A stretch of DNA of 64,000 nucleotides, taken from contig NC_135758.1 of assembly GCF_052425735.1 (NCBI RefSeq), positions 2,852,001 to 2,916,000 on the forward strand, written 5' to 3'. Source of the DNA: Oculina patagonica (lineage: Eukaryota). A model generated the notes under the pieces. That model made no database searches. It had not been told where the DNA came from and worked only from the letters and a program-made list of their open reading frames with translations. Both the position numbers and the translations under genes were made by a program. Positions 24,395-36,445 of this stretch are shown piece by piece; position 1 is the first letter of the stretch; every line of letters begins with the position of its first letter.

Positions 24395-27378
24395 CCCAGC
24401 TACCATGGCTGTCCGTGCAACAAACTCTGATTAAAAACATTGATCACGCTTTAGGTAAACAGTTAATTCAAAACTAGAGTGGTTTTCGATGACTACACTG
24501 AAAGGAAATTTGCGTTTGAGTTGTATTCTGTTTTCTGTTTCAAGTCGGAGGAGAACACCATATTGACAACCAATTAGCATCGAGATCGTAATCTTCATCG
24601 AAGATTACTTGTTTTCTTTTGGAGTTTTGATATGTTCATTTCACATTTTTTTATTAAAGTCCTGCGATTTATTTCCTTTCCTTTTTCAGGAAGTCTTAAG
24701 AAAACCATTCTAATCAATTTTTCGGGCACAAATCTCTAAAAAATTCTCAAAGAACCATAAAAACTTCCATAAAATGAGGAATTTATGTTTTACTGAGATG
24801 TCTCTTTTTTGGTCACGTTTGAGGGTTCTTTGTGAAACAAAGCACAGTTCTCAGTACTGAATTCAATAGAAATACTAGTAAATTTAGTTTAAGTCTTTTT
24901 TATTATTTCAGTTTACAAGTAATATAAAGGAGTATGTGTGGCATCTGAGATCTCAAAAGATCCTCGATGTAGCAACATTTTTGTCTAAATTTGCTAAATT
25001 GGCGGGTAAACAAGTACAACCCCTCGATGTCACCATGCTTAGATTTGTTTGTTGATAGTAAAGACTGTGCGAAAAGTTATGCTTTTTAGTCAAATGTGAC
25101 ATGAAGAATCAAGTTAGACTTCGGCTTTGAATAAACACTTGATGAATGAGTTTTGCTGTTTGTTTCATGTTTGTCTTTAACTATAGGGAGGGTGTTACGC
25201 TTTGCTGTTTCGTAGTGTCTCAGATCAATTTTGTTTACTTCACACCAACATTGATTTCACCAAAGAGATGGTTTTAAGAGAAGCTAGAATAAAAATCTCT
25301 TGGCGAAAAGTTTTCAGACTTTATAGGCCTTTGCTAAGACCTAAAATTCATCACTTGGCGTACAAAAACTTGTTTAAACTTATTGCCCACCAAATGTCTC
25401 TGTTTTTTTTTTATCTTAGTTGAGCGGTTTTTAATCTCAGAGTAAGGGGGTAAAATTGCCATGTATCTCCTTAGTCGTATCGAGGCATGCCGGGGTGAAG
25501 GTGGGGGTAAGGTGGACAGGGAACAAGGGGATCAACCAATTGGTGGCTTGCAACGAAAACCCCCCAGATTTAAAGTGCAATACAAATTAGGTTTATATAT
25601 ATTACATACAAGGAATGAAAAACGTCTTTTGAGGCCATGCCTGAAACCTCCAAGAAATTTTTACCTTTAAAAACTACCTTTATATGGCGCCTTTGAGAAA
25701 CTTGGCTGAAATTGTGTTATTAAGTATGCAACTTTGTTTCAGTGCGATTACAAGAAAAAAAACATTCGTGACGAGTAATGAAATGTCACAGGATCGAGGG
25801 TTTTTCGCCCGTGACGGTGGGAAACCCAAGTGATAGGAATAATTATGCAAGAGGATAATTTTGATAAATTTGAATTCTTCAAAGTCGTAGTGTAATCAAT
25901 ATCTGCCATGCTGTCCATTGACTAAACTTCCAAAGCACAACAAGCTGTAAAGCCGCCAGTTTTCAGTTTTGATGTCGCCTTTAAGCGAATTGTTGAGATA
26001 GGGAAATTAATCTAACTTTCAAATTACAATTACAATTTTTTGCCCGCCGATCGTTTGCTGTGGCCCTTCCTCTCTAAAACAGTGTGGGAATCATGAGGAG
26101 GATTGTGTAAGCCGTAACGACATTTCCACGTACGAAAAATCAGTTGATGTTTGACAAATTTTTAGGATGTACGAATGTCCTACACCGATTTGGAGACACT
26201 GACTGAGTTTCGCATTTCTATCGTTCTGCAACCCGACTGACAATCCCGCAAAGTTTTGGTGTTTACAAATATCAGTTAGTCTATTTTATGCTGCCTGAAG
26301 GTAGTTTTTGTCTATTTTTATTAGTTCTTTTCAGTCACGCCATTCTCGGCTCAACTCTTATGTTGTAAGATAGCATGTCCAAGCAAATTGTCACGAAAAC
26401 GCCGTTTTATATCTTGGAGGGACAGTACTTTTCAAAATATACGGTGGAGGTGTGTCACTCGTGCTAAATTTTAGATTAAAATTTATTATTTTTCGAACCC
26501 TACTTTTGACTCACCTACTAGATGGTAAAATACTTAAATTCATTAGAAATAAACGACAGATTGATCTATGAGCAAAGAAAGAAAAATCCTTTGAAACCAC
26601 AGGAAAAACACGTGGAATATACCCATGTTAGTATAGATCATAATGTCACATTTGCCAAATATCTCCGAAGTTTGCAAAACAAACCTTCGACGGAGACTAA
26701 AAAAGAAAAATAAATACAAACGTAACATAATTGTTACGTTATTTATACAATGTGGAATTATGGAATGGTCCTTTTATGCTTTTATTCATTTATTTTTTTA
26801 GCCCCGGCAGTTTTGTTTTGCAAATCCAATTGTCGTCTTATCTGTATATTTAACTGTGTTTTTATCGCGTTTCTGTTTTTCTCTTCCTTGCCGTACTCGT
26901 CGTTTATTGCTTATATATTATAGAAAGTTGCTACTTTTTTTTCTGTTGCGCGATTGTAATATCGGCCTTTAAAAGCATGCCCTATCTCAGGCCAATAAAC
27001 GAGCTAAATCAATTCTATACCATCACTTTTTTCTATTTTAAACAAAAACAGCTTTAAAACTATACTCACTATCGGCGGTACATACCTATATACCTTTGAT
27101 ATGGGTGAAAACCCACTCGAGGAATATTTCCGGCTCGCTTCTTTGGTTCTGGTTGTTGGCACGTGCCCAAAATTGAGCGGATCCAGGCCATTCGTGGCTC
27201 GTAAATAATGTTATCTTCTAATAAAGCAGCACCTTGTCCCGGACGTCAAAATTAATTCGATTTCTTATTGCAATCGAACAAGGCCAAATGCACTTGCCTT
27301 AGAACATTAGAAACTTGATTTCGTTTTTCTTGTTAAACCTCCAGATCAGGAAGGTGACCCGTGCAAATATCTAAATCG

Positions 27379-27756
27379 TTGGATTTATTTCTAGCTTTAC
27401 GTGAGAAATTACAAAGAATTTGATGTAGGCTTCTCCAAATTCAACGACCACCATCGACCGTTCTAGGGGCACTTGCTTTTCTCAACCTCGGATTGGATTT
27501 ATTTCTAGCTTCAAGTGACAGGCCTGTGAGAATTTGCAAAGAATTTGACGTAAGCTTCTCCAAAATCGACGGCCAACAACGACCGCTCTCAAGTTGGGCC
27601 ACTTGCTTTTCTCAACCTTCTAAATATCTTTATTGTTGGATTTATTTCTAGCTTCACGTGACAGGCCACGTGAGAATTAACGAAGAATCTGATGTCAGCT
27701 TCTCAAAAATCAACGGCCACCCAAGACCGCTCTTGGCCACTCGCTTTTCTCAACCT
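27379..27756. repeat. Three tandem copies of a 115-140 bp unit
   Basis: Units start TTGGATTTATTTCTAGCTT at 27379, 27493, 27636 and end GCTTTTCTCAACCT. Confidence 0.85.
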
Positions 27757-30346
27757 TATCACGACACCAAAACAGCTAGAGGCAAAACGTTTTGGCAGTC
27801 TGATCGGAGGGGTTAAAAAGCCCAGGGTAAAAAAGAAAAGTGAAAGAGAACAAAATGTGTAGGTGAAACCAATTAAACTGTCACGTGCCTTGTCGCGTGA
27901 ACCCAGACGGCAGTTAAAGTTTGGTCCGTTCACAGTTAAATTCTCAAAACTTGTTTTCTTGACAGTTATTGGTTATTGTACAGAGAAATCATATTTTGAC
28001 CACTGCTGGAAATCGAATGTGTTAAAATTAGCAGCGGTTGGGTTTATTTTTATACCATGTTTTCGGCTATGATCACGCAAAAGTGTTATCATAAGCACAA
28101 TAAGTCCCATATCAACGGATACCAATATTATCAGGCGTCAGCGAAATCCAGTGCTTTGTTTGCAAAGCCAACAGACATTTCTAGTATAGCACCTTAGCAA
28201 GAAATTTAGCATGGCACTTAATCATAAGGTTAAAACCCTTAATCCCCCTTGACTTGTTTGAAAAACAACGCAAAAAAGCAAAATTCTATATTCCATTTAA
28301 ACCGTTTTAGAACATTTTTTACGGTGGTTGATATTTGGGCATTACGTACACTACCGAAGCATTCTCCACTTTTAGCTCAAAAATAGTTGCCACGCTATTT
28401 GATAATATCACAATATAGCAATAGTCACAAAACATAAGCGGATCTATTCTGCAGGTTACAGTGTACTAAAATAGTTCAAAATCATCCATCACCGCTCAAA
28501 TATTTTAATAAACTTTCATTGCGGTGTACCACTGTTAGGCAACAGGAAGTTGATTTCAATAACAATTTCAAACAACTTATGTTGTTGTTTTTTTACTTCC
28601 TTTAGCCTTCTAGAACTCACGAGCGAACCACAAGTAAAAGGCCAATAGTCAACCACTTCCAACAAGGCTTTTACCAGGAGGTCCGATATAACACGTATTT
28701 CCTTTGCACGTACGTTTCTGAGCTTCAGTACCTATTAAAAGCAATCTAATGTATTCATGCTTTCTTCTGCGAGGGCAATCTTTTAATAAGCCAAGGTTGA
28801 TATATATTAGTGTCGAGGACCAAACTTCGCTTATCAGATAAAACTAGTTTCACATACGATATTTAAACAGTAGAGTGTAGTTCGATTTTGAAACAACAGA
28901 TTGAGATATGCGTCAAACGCGTTCTTTCTTCTTGTTGAGACTTCAGTTGTTTTGTCTGCCGTGAACAGATTCCATTAGGCCTAGAACTTCGTTCCGAAAG
29001 ACTGAACAGCCACTTGGACATTACGGAGAAAATCACTGAGGCATCGCTCAACCTCTTTCTGTAGATAAAGGATTTCAGTTCAGTTTGCTCAGCAGTAACT
29101 TGAGGCAAAGTCGTAGTTCACAAGTCAACTTCTGCGTTTGTTCACTGAATGATTCTTCTCTAAACTGGATTGCGTTTTACCGACTTGAGTTATAACTGAA
29201 CATCTTTTCTTAGAAGAAAAAGACAAGCTGAGAGGTTAATGTTCATTATACGGTAAGTTCTTTAGCCTTGTTTTTCTTTTGTGATCTGCCAGGCTTGATA
29301 GATTGAATTTATTTAACCAGGATTGATTTCATGCAAAGCACAATAGTAAACAATGAGCGGTTAAAACAGCTGGAGGAGAAAAACATTCGCGATACAAAGC
29401 CTACAAGCTTTAACAACCGAGAAAATGCAACGGGCGCTTTTGAAATACACAAGCAAAGATTTTTTTTTCCACTCAAAATCGTCACCTGGCTGGAGGTTAA
29501 AGTGTGGGTGTATAGAGGTAAAATGTGGGTGTAAACCTTTCATGAATGTTTCCCTTAGTCTATTATCCCGAAACTTCCATTTTTGCTATGACAAACTGTT
29601 TATGTTTCTTTTAGAACATAATTAATTTGTGCGAGTAAGCAATTTTCGAAATCATATGATGGGAAACGCACTAGAATTAATCATTCGCGAAAATATAATA
29701 TTAAGGCATCTCTATACGTATTGTGTATATTGTTGACGTTTTTCATTTAGTTATAGACGTTTGAATTGTTAAAACCTTTTCAATTGTAGAATCACCAAAC
29801 AACTAGATTATTGTATCATAAAAGTAAAGCAGAACAGTAATTCTTAGACAAAAAGGCATGTTTTTAGTTATTAGTAACCGTTTAAAAATATTCCTGTTCT
29901 TCCTTTGTAAGTTTTTGAACCAATATATGGGTGACCAGTTTTATAACAATTTAGGAAAACTTAGAGATTAAAACGCTATTGGTTGAAGAAGAACAAAAGG
30001 AAACTGAAATCAGTATTTGAATATTTGAATAAGATTGGTTATATTACTATCCTTCAATTCTTTTAGGCGACATGCACGTACATTAAATCACAGTTTAAAA
30101 TATTGTCTTAAGTTCTAATTGGACAGTACGTTTCTTCTGTTACTTCAATTAGGAAAAAAGCTTCTTTTGTTGTCAACTTATCGCTTTAATTCCTAAAGGT
30201 GATCAAAATGTAATTTCTTTTACCAACTGAACGCATTGTCAACTCAGCAGATAGCTGACGAGAATAGACCTGATGAGTCATCAGCTTTCTAAAGCAAAGT
30301 ATCTTGATTTACCACTAAAATATTATAAATAACATTGAAATAAGTA

Positions 30347-30884
30347 CCTTATTACATGAAATTTTCGCGACACGTTAATTTCGCGATTTTGAGATGCGTA
30401 TATTTCGCGACACTTAAATTTCGCGATTTTGCGAAAATTTTGTATTTTGAATCACTCTAATTTCGCGTTTTTGAGTAAGACAGAATTTACATTTCCTTGG
30501 TAATATTATTCAACATGCCCTTGAATTTCATAAAACGACTTCATCAAAGGAACAATAACTTCAAAATAAACAAAAACGCAAGGGAGGGACTAAATCTCGG
30601 CAAAAGCAACAACAGAGCAGTTCTCACCCTGTCTACAAGTAGGTTATGCTTGTACATACATGAATAATTGTTCTTGGGTCAATTCGGACGACAACATTCA
30701 TTCACATTGATTTTAGTGGTACTAAACGTATTCTTTCTTAATTATTGACATAAAGTGAGTCACTTAATTTTCGCGTCATGTTATGTTCGCGACACTTATT
30801 GTTCGCGTCACTTTAATTTCGCGATTTTTTTGGAATCGCGAAATTCGCGAAATTAACGTGTCGCGAAAATTTCATGTAATAAGG
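30347..30884. mobile_element. TA-flanked MITE with TTCGCG subterminal repeats
   Basis: Long TIR CCTTATTACATGAAATTTTCGCGACACGTTAATTTCGCGA, TA TSD, absent from the paralogous site at ~38385. Confidence 0.9.
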
Positions 30885-31299
30885 TAATGTTTCGACCCCT
30901 TAGGCATTCAGTGAGTCATGAACCATGCACTGTTGTGAGGCCAACCGTATACAAAAAACTCTGTATATTATACTCGTTTTTATCTTCCTTTGTAGCAGTT
31001 AGCGAGGAAAAAAGAAGGCGAAGCTAATTTTAGTGCCCTTGAACGAAAAAGGAAAATATTTAAATGTTCTATGCAGGAAATCCGGCAGCGGTGCTCAGTC
31101 TTGTCAAAGGAGACATTCCGCATACTTCAATATCAACGTAATCCTGGCTTTTCGTGGTGAAAACTTTGTCATACTGACATGATATAAGAACACGTGCACG
31201 ATTATATAAGACATTATTAACACATTATATAAGAACTAGTATAACAACAAGATTGACCTTAAGATGGTCCTTTGCATGAAACTACAGTCACATATTTTA

Positions 31300-31826
31300 T
31301 AGCCTGCGGAGCCCCCGGAAGTGCGCGCGAAACTGCACAAAGCTGTTCCGCCCCCCGACCAGGGACAATACCCTGATTGTGAATAGGGCCGCCCCGTGTC
31401 GAGTGCGAACCAAGCGCCAAACCAGAACCAGAACTGAAACGTCTCTGTATGCCGTCTATGGAATTGTCATCCTCTCGCTCACTTGAGAAAGGGGCAGTTG
31501 AGGCGGAGCACGCGCCGCCCGGCCGACCCCCCGACGGATGAGGATCCCCCAGACCGCTGCCGGGTCCGCGAGGGCCCCCGGAGACAGCTGTGTGACACCA
31601 CCCAAGACAAAGACACACCATGACCGAGTTGGCGCGCTCGAAGTTCGAACCGCGCACCGCCAACGCATCACCGATCTGTGATCTGCCGTGATCGCCGCCA
31701 AGTTGTGACCTGCGAGCGATGCCAGATGCACCGACAACGAAGAAAGGGAAGCAGAGGAAAATGGAACACGCGGGGGGCCGGAACAAGTGTGGGCAGACGC
31801 ACTAACGGGTGTGGCAACGCAGGCTA
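31300..31826. mobile_element. GC-rich non-autonomous DNA element with TAG..CTA ends
   Basis: TIR TAGCCTGCG / CGCAGGCTA, near-duplicated flanks ATATTTTA / ATATTTAT, absent from the paralogous intron at ~38790. Confidence 0.8.
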
Positions 31827-31911
31827 ATATTTATATAGTTTCTATATATTTGTAAATTTTCTACATTCTTTGTTTTTACCTTTTCAGGACTGCTGCCAGC
31901 AAGTTTACACA

Positions 31912-32820
31912 ATGTTAACAAACGGCTCGGAGCCTGGAAACACAACGCTACATCATATGCTGTCAAATAACTGCGAACATAATGTTGCTTCCAGCATATC
32001 AACTATAACAATAGACGTTCTTCTAAGCATCCTCGGAACGCTTGGAAATCTTCTTGTTCTAATGGTCATTTTACTGAACATTCGCCTCGCTACGGCTTCG
32101 AACCTACTTCTCGCAAACTTGGCCGGTATAGATTTTATATGCATGGTTTTTGTCGCGCCCGGTGGAATTTACAAAGACTTGTGCAATAAATTTGGTTTTT
32201 GTCACGCGAATGAGACGTTTGTATTGGTTCATCGTGCACTTGTACAGTTCGTGGTTTCTGCCGCTGTCTCAAGTTTATTTGCGATCGCTGTGGACCGTTT
32301 TTTAGCCATCTCATTTCCATTCAAGTATTCTTCTTTAATGACAAAACGTCGAACCGTCTACTGTATCTGCCTTACGTGGCTAGCTGGAGTGCTGATATCC
32401 GCAATTTTCATGGGCTTAAACTTCGTTTATCTTCAATCTGCCTATTGCACTCTCTTGATCTTGGTGACGATCTCTATGTACATTCATATCTTCTTGTTTG
32501 CGTTAAAGAAGGAAAGACAGATTGCCGCTTTGCAGGTTTCAAATGTAAAAGGAAGCACAAATTTCTTACACGAACGAAAGTCGACGAAGACAATGGCAAT
32601 AATTTTGAGCGTATTTGCCGCTGCTTGGATCCCGGCGGTAGTGTTTTACATAGTTGTTAAACCAACAGATCCAAAGTATCTCGACATTCAAGGCTGGGTC
32701 AGTACATTTTACTACCTGAATGCCTCTTTAAATCCATTTATTTATTGTGTACGGAGTGTCAACTTTCGTAAAAGGATCAAACTGCTGGTGAAAACTTCTA
32801 TGATTCGATTTAATTTATAA
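31912..32820 (+). CDS. Class A (rhodopsin-like) GPCR, 302 aa, copy 1
   Basis: Seven hydrophobic segments, GN, LAxxD, DRF, AWIP, NPFIY; acceptor at 31887; upstream non-coding exon with donor after 29252. Confidence 0.92.
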   Translation: MLTNGSEPGNTTLHHMLSNNCEHNVASSISTITIDVLLSILGTLGNLLVLMVILLNIRLATASNLLLANLAGIDFICMVFVAPGGIYKDLCNKFGFCHANETFVLVHRALVQFVVSAAVSSLFAIAVDRFLAISFPFKYSSLMTKRRTVYCICLTWLAGVLISAIFMGLNFVYLQSAYCTLLILVTISMYIHIFLFALKKERQIAALQVSNVKGSTNFLHERKSTKTMAIILSVFAAAWIPAVVFYIVVKPTDPKYLDIQGWVSTFYYLNASLNPFIYCVRSVNFRKRIKLLVKTSMIRFNL

Positions 32821-33691
32821 CTGGATCAAATGTACAGTATTATGGAGATAAAAAAAAAGAAAAAAAAAGAAAATAAGGGTGCATTTGACAAAAACGTTTT
32901 ATTTCAGGTTCTAGCAATAGAGCAAAAATAATTGATTGGAAAAAAATTGATTAAAGGTTAATATAAACGCAAGTTTAGCGCCTTTCTCTGAAGTTCAAAA
33001 CCAAGTTAACGATTGCGCTTTTCGCTACTGTGAAACATAATTAAGACGGTCGAAGTAAACGTTTGTTTCCTGAGAGATCGGATTAGATGACAGGAACAGC
33101 AGTGAAAACGTAACCGTTTACTTGAGCAAAGTTCGCATATTATTAAAAGGGTCAGTGAGTTGGTTTGCAAGCAAATTATCAACTAAATATTTCGTCGTGA
33201 CGTCAGCAGTTGCGCCGACGCATCCGTGTAAATCACTTATCCAATCAGTTTTTAGTCGACTGATTTAGTTTATATAATTGAAATCAACCACTCTTTGATT
33301 CTCTGACGCTACTCGCGTAATTTTCAAACCTGTTTGTTTTAAATTTTTGTGAAAAATTGACGACACATTAGGGATAATATCAGAGCATTTGAACCCTATT
33401 TGGACAAGGGATTTTTGGCCTTTACAGGACTGTCACGGGGATAGGGCGATTTATGTTTAATTGCGACGGAAAACAATATCTTGTTGCTGTTACAACAAAA
33501 CAAACATTAAGATGAAGAAATAAAATCGTAATGAGTGCGACCCATGCAGAGCTCTCGATTTCGTAACCTCCAAATAAATGCATCGCAATAAAAAAACGAT
33601 TTACATCTCAGATGCGTCATTTTGATTTTCGTGATTTTTCTCTAATGTCAGTAAATCTTCTAAATAAGAGAAAAATTAATAAAACGTATAT

Positions 33692-33734
33692 TTAACAATT
33701 ATTCCACGAGCGCGCGTTGGATATGAGATGGTAG

Positions 33735-33767
<33 letters not shown>

Positions 33768-33977
33768 ATAACGATCTCATATCCAGCAAGCGCGAGTGGA
33801 ATAATTGTTTTATTAAAAACGCCCAAAGAATTGCAATATTTGAGGTCCCCAGCTGTTTTCGTTGACGCGTATCGGCTACCATATTTGTGCTCAATGGTAT
33901 ATGAGCTCATATACCATTGCCTGTTAACCAATCAAAACTCAGAAATTGCAATATACCATTGCTAGTTTTTTTAATAA
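33692..33977. mobile_element. Fold-back non-autonomous element (A..A'B'..B layout)
   Basis: Hairpin 33694-33809 centred on CTCGGCGCTACGCGCCTCG; 33810-33819 inverted to 33968-33977; absent from the paralogous site at ~40385. Confidence 0.8.
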
Positions 33978-35526
33978 ATCTGAGGATCCATGTGATATAC
34001 CAAAAATGGACTCGACCTTCTGCAAAACTGTCTAAATTAGCAAGGACCAGATAAGAAAAAATCCGCAAGCACGCCTGTCCAATCACTCTTCATGGAAACA
34101 TCAAACTGCGTGAGCAAGCAAAAATTCCTTCAAAACTTCCGGGTTTTCCAGATCAATTTCAGGCTCATTGCGATGACATATATAGCTCGTTACATAGCTC
34201 TTTTAAACGAAAAGAAGTCAGCAGTGTGTAACATTATCGCATTCAAACACCAGGTACTTATTGGCTAACTACTCAAAATGCGCCAGTCGAGGAAGGATTT
34301 TACTGTATTGCCCGGCTCACTGGCACAACGCGTGCAATAGCGCGGAAAAAATGCCATACAGTATACTTCTTATTAACTAAACTTGTTCTGAACCGTTATG
34401 GGAAAATATCGGCTCTCGATGTTTTTTGCATTGTCAAGACCTCGAGCCGGTATTTTCCAGGAAAAGTCCTCGTGCTTGGTTAATAAGTTGTATTTGTTAT
34501 ATAACTGAAAGTTCTCCCCAACAGCGCGCGTGTGTTCCTATTGGCTACTTTGAGGTCACATGACATACAACAAAAGAACTGTTTCCCGCCAAATGTCTCT
34601 GAACATGGAGATTCTCGGGAAACAAATTAAGATTACTGTTACGCTATCATTAAAACATCGTGTTCGGCTCCAAAAGCTACTTCAGGTGGCTCAACTGGTT
34701 TTTTTGGGGTAACACCGCTCAAGTTTGAGAATTAACTACGTCGCCATTAACAATGCTATCAAAAAACGATCACCACAGCTGTATTAGATACAGTATACGG
34801 TGTTACACTGACATCGGAGTTGCCATAGCGACGAAATGACGCACTTTACTTTCGCTCGTATTCCTCGGTACAAAATGATTTTTTTTTTTCAGAAATCGCT
34901 CAAAGAAGCTTGTACCACGCATAGCCGCCTAAATGTTGGCAAAGTTTGAACAAATTCTATGAGAGCGTTTTTGAAATATTTGGGGATGAAGTTTTGGGGG
35001 CTATAAATACAGTCAAAAACATACTAACGAGAAAATGTGGTAATATCTAAAGAAAACGACGCGCCTTTGGATTGCAGTTTCGGTGCTCTTGTTGCCATTT
35101 TTGTATATAATTTGGCCTATGCCTACAAAAGTGAGAATAAATTGAAAACCGCTTGATGAATTTTTTTTAAATTCGACAATCTCTAGGTTTGTCATCAATT
35201 GATATAGCTTGCAAGTTTCAAGCTCATTGAAAACATTTAAGGCAATAAAATTGGGCCTCCAGTGTACTGATTTTTTCTCGCAGATTTCGTGTTTACAAGC
35301 GAGTGTCCTCATTATTGACGGGTATTGTTTTCAAGTGTCATATCCACGTGCACGACTCCAGCAAAAAATTCATTTGCATTAAACAGAACGCTCGATTGCT
35401 TTCCGAAAATTTTTCCGAAGCATGCTAATCTGCCTTGAGATGAGAATAGCAATGACAACATCTGCAGAATAATAGCTTTTGTTTTCTGGACAAAGAGGCC
35501 CTTGACATTACCGTATTACAGCTTAA

Positions 35527-36330
35527 GGTCGCGCAGGACCCTTGCAATCATTATGAATGTATTTATTTAAAGTGTATGCACGAACTGCAACGACTGAAGC
35601 CGACAACAAACGAAATATTCATGAGACTTTATTTTCTTGAAGCTCTTTGTGCAAGTAATTACACGTTATTGTTCTCAGCTTTAAGTCCCGTGCGCTGGAA
35701 CAAAGGGAATTATCATAATTAGATTCACAGCTTTGAATAAAGCAAGCGTTGTTGTAAACATCGACTCGGAAGAACTTCGGAAGCCTCAAAACCTACAATT
35801 TTGTGTCCAAGTTTTCTCCGCCGATATAGAATTTCAGAAGTTGATTCGCTAGTAACAAAAACCTGGTGTACCCTATTGTGTTCTGACAAGAGCGACTGAT
35901 TTTGAAACGTCCTTCTCAAAATGAAGATAGCACGTTTCAAAGTTTAGATTTCACATTTTTACTCTCCTATAAGCCATTAACTTCAAGCAGCGTTTGAAAT
36001 CGAAAATTTCGTTCTTGTCAGAACACAAAAGAGGTTATGATTTATCAGTTGATTCTATAATCATTTAATTCGGTGCGCTGTTCTAGCTGAAAACTTGGAC
36101 ACAAAATCGCATTATCTGCAGTTAAACTTTTAAGAGCTTGTAGCATCACAGTAAATGGTCATCTCTCAGTAAAAGGACAATCATGATGTAATTTCATCAT
36201 CCCCTAATATCCTTAATAAATTTTTGAGGAATCGATGTTCAAAATGTAGCGAATTAAAGCTTTACAAGAAAGCACCCCATCAAGAAATTTGGCTTATGAA
36301 TTTATTAATGAGCAAGGGTCCTGCGCGACC
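35527..36330. mobile_element. Kolobok-like element nested between outer inverted repeats (35360-36440)
   Basis: TTAA TSD, perfect TIR GGTCGCGCAGGACCCTTGC; internal inverted repeats; outer ~70-bp inverted repeats at 35360-35430 and 36371-36440. Confidence 0.85.
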
Positions 36331-36445
36331 TTAATAGCGCGACAAATGCTGTTACAATTTTTTAAGCAATGTTAGTATGTTTCGGAAAATTGTTCGGAAA
36401 GTAGTCGAGCGTCCTATTTAATGCAAATGAATTTTTTGCTAACGT

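Larger units (their letters stand above)
28393..34007 (+). repeat. Tandem segmental duplication unit 1 (GPCR gene with flanks)
   Basis: Colinear with 36446-40416 from CGCTATTTGATAATATCACAATAT to GATCCAyGTGATATrCCAAAA. Confidence 0.85.

Noticed and set aside
27379-27756. Repeat array resembling CRISPR
   Set aside because: Whole units are homologous with no unique spacers; eukaryotic context and no cas genes
30885-30912. Hammerhead-like CTGAATG..GGTCGAAACATT on the minus strand (also ~38398-38422)
   Set aside because: Core CUGANGA is not satisfied and stem I is absent
31259-31786. 175-aa GC-rich minus-strand ORF
   Set aside because: Lies largely within a TIR-bounded insertion, has no recognisable domain and is expected by chance at this GC content
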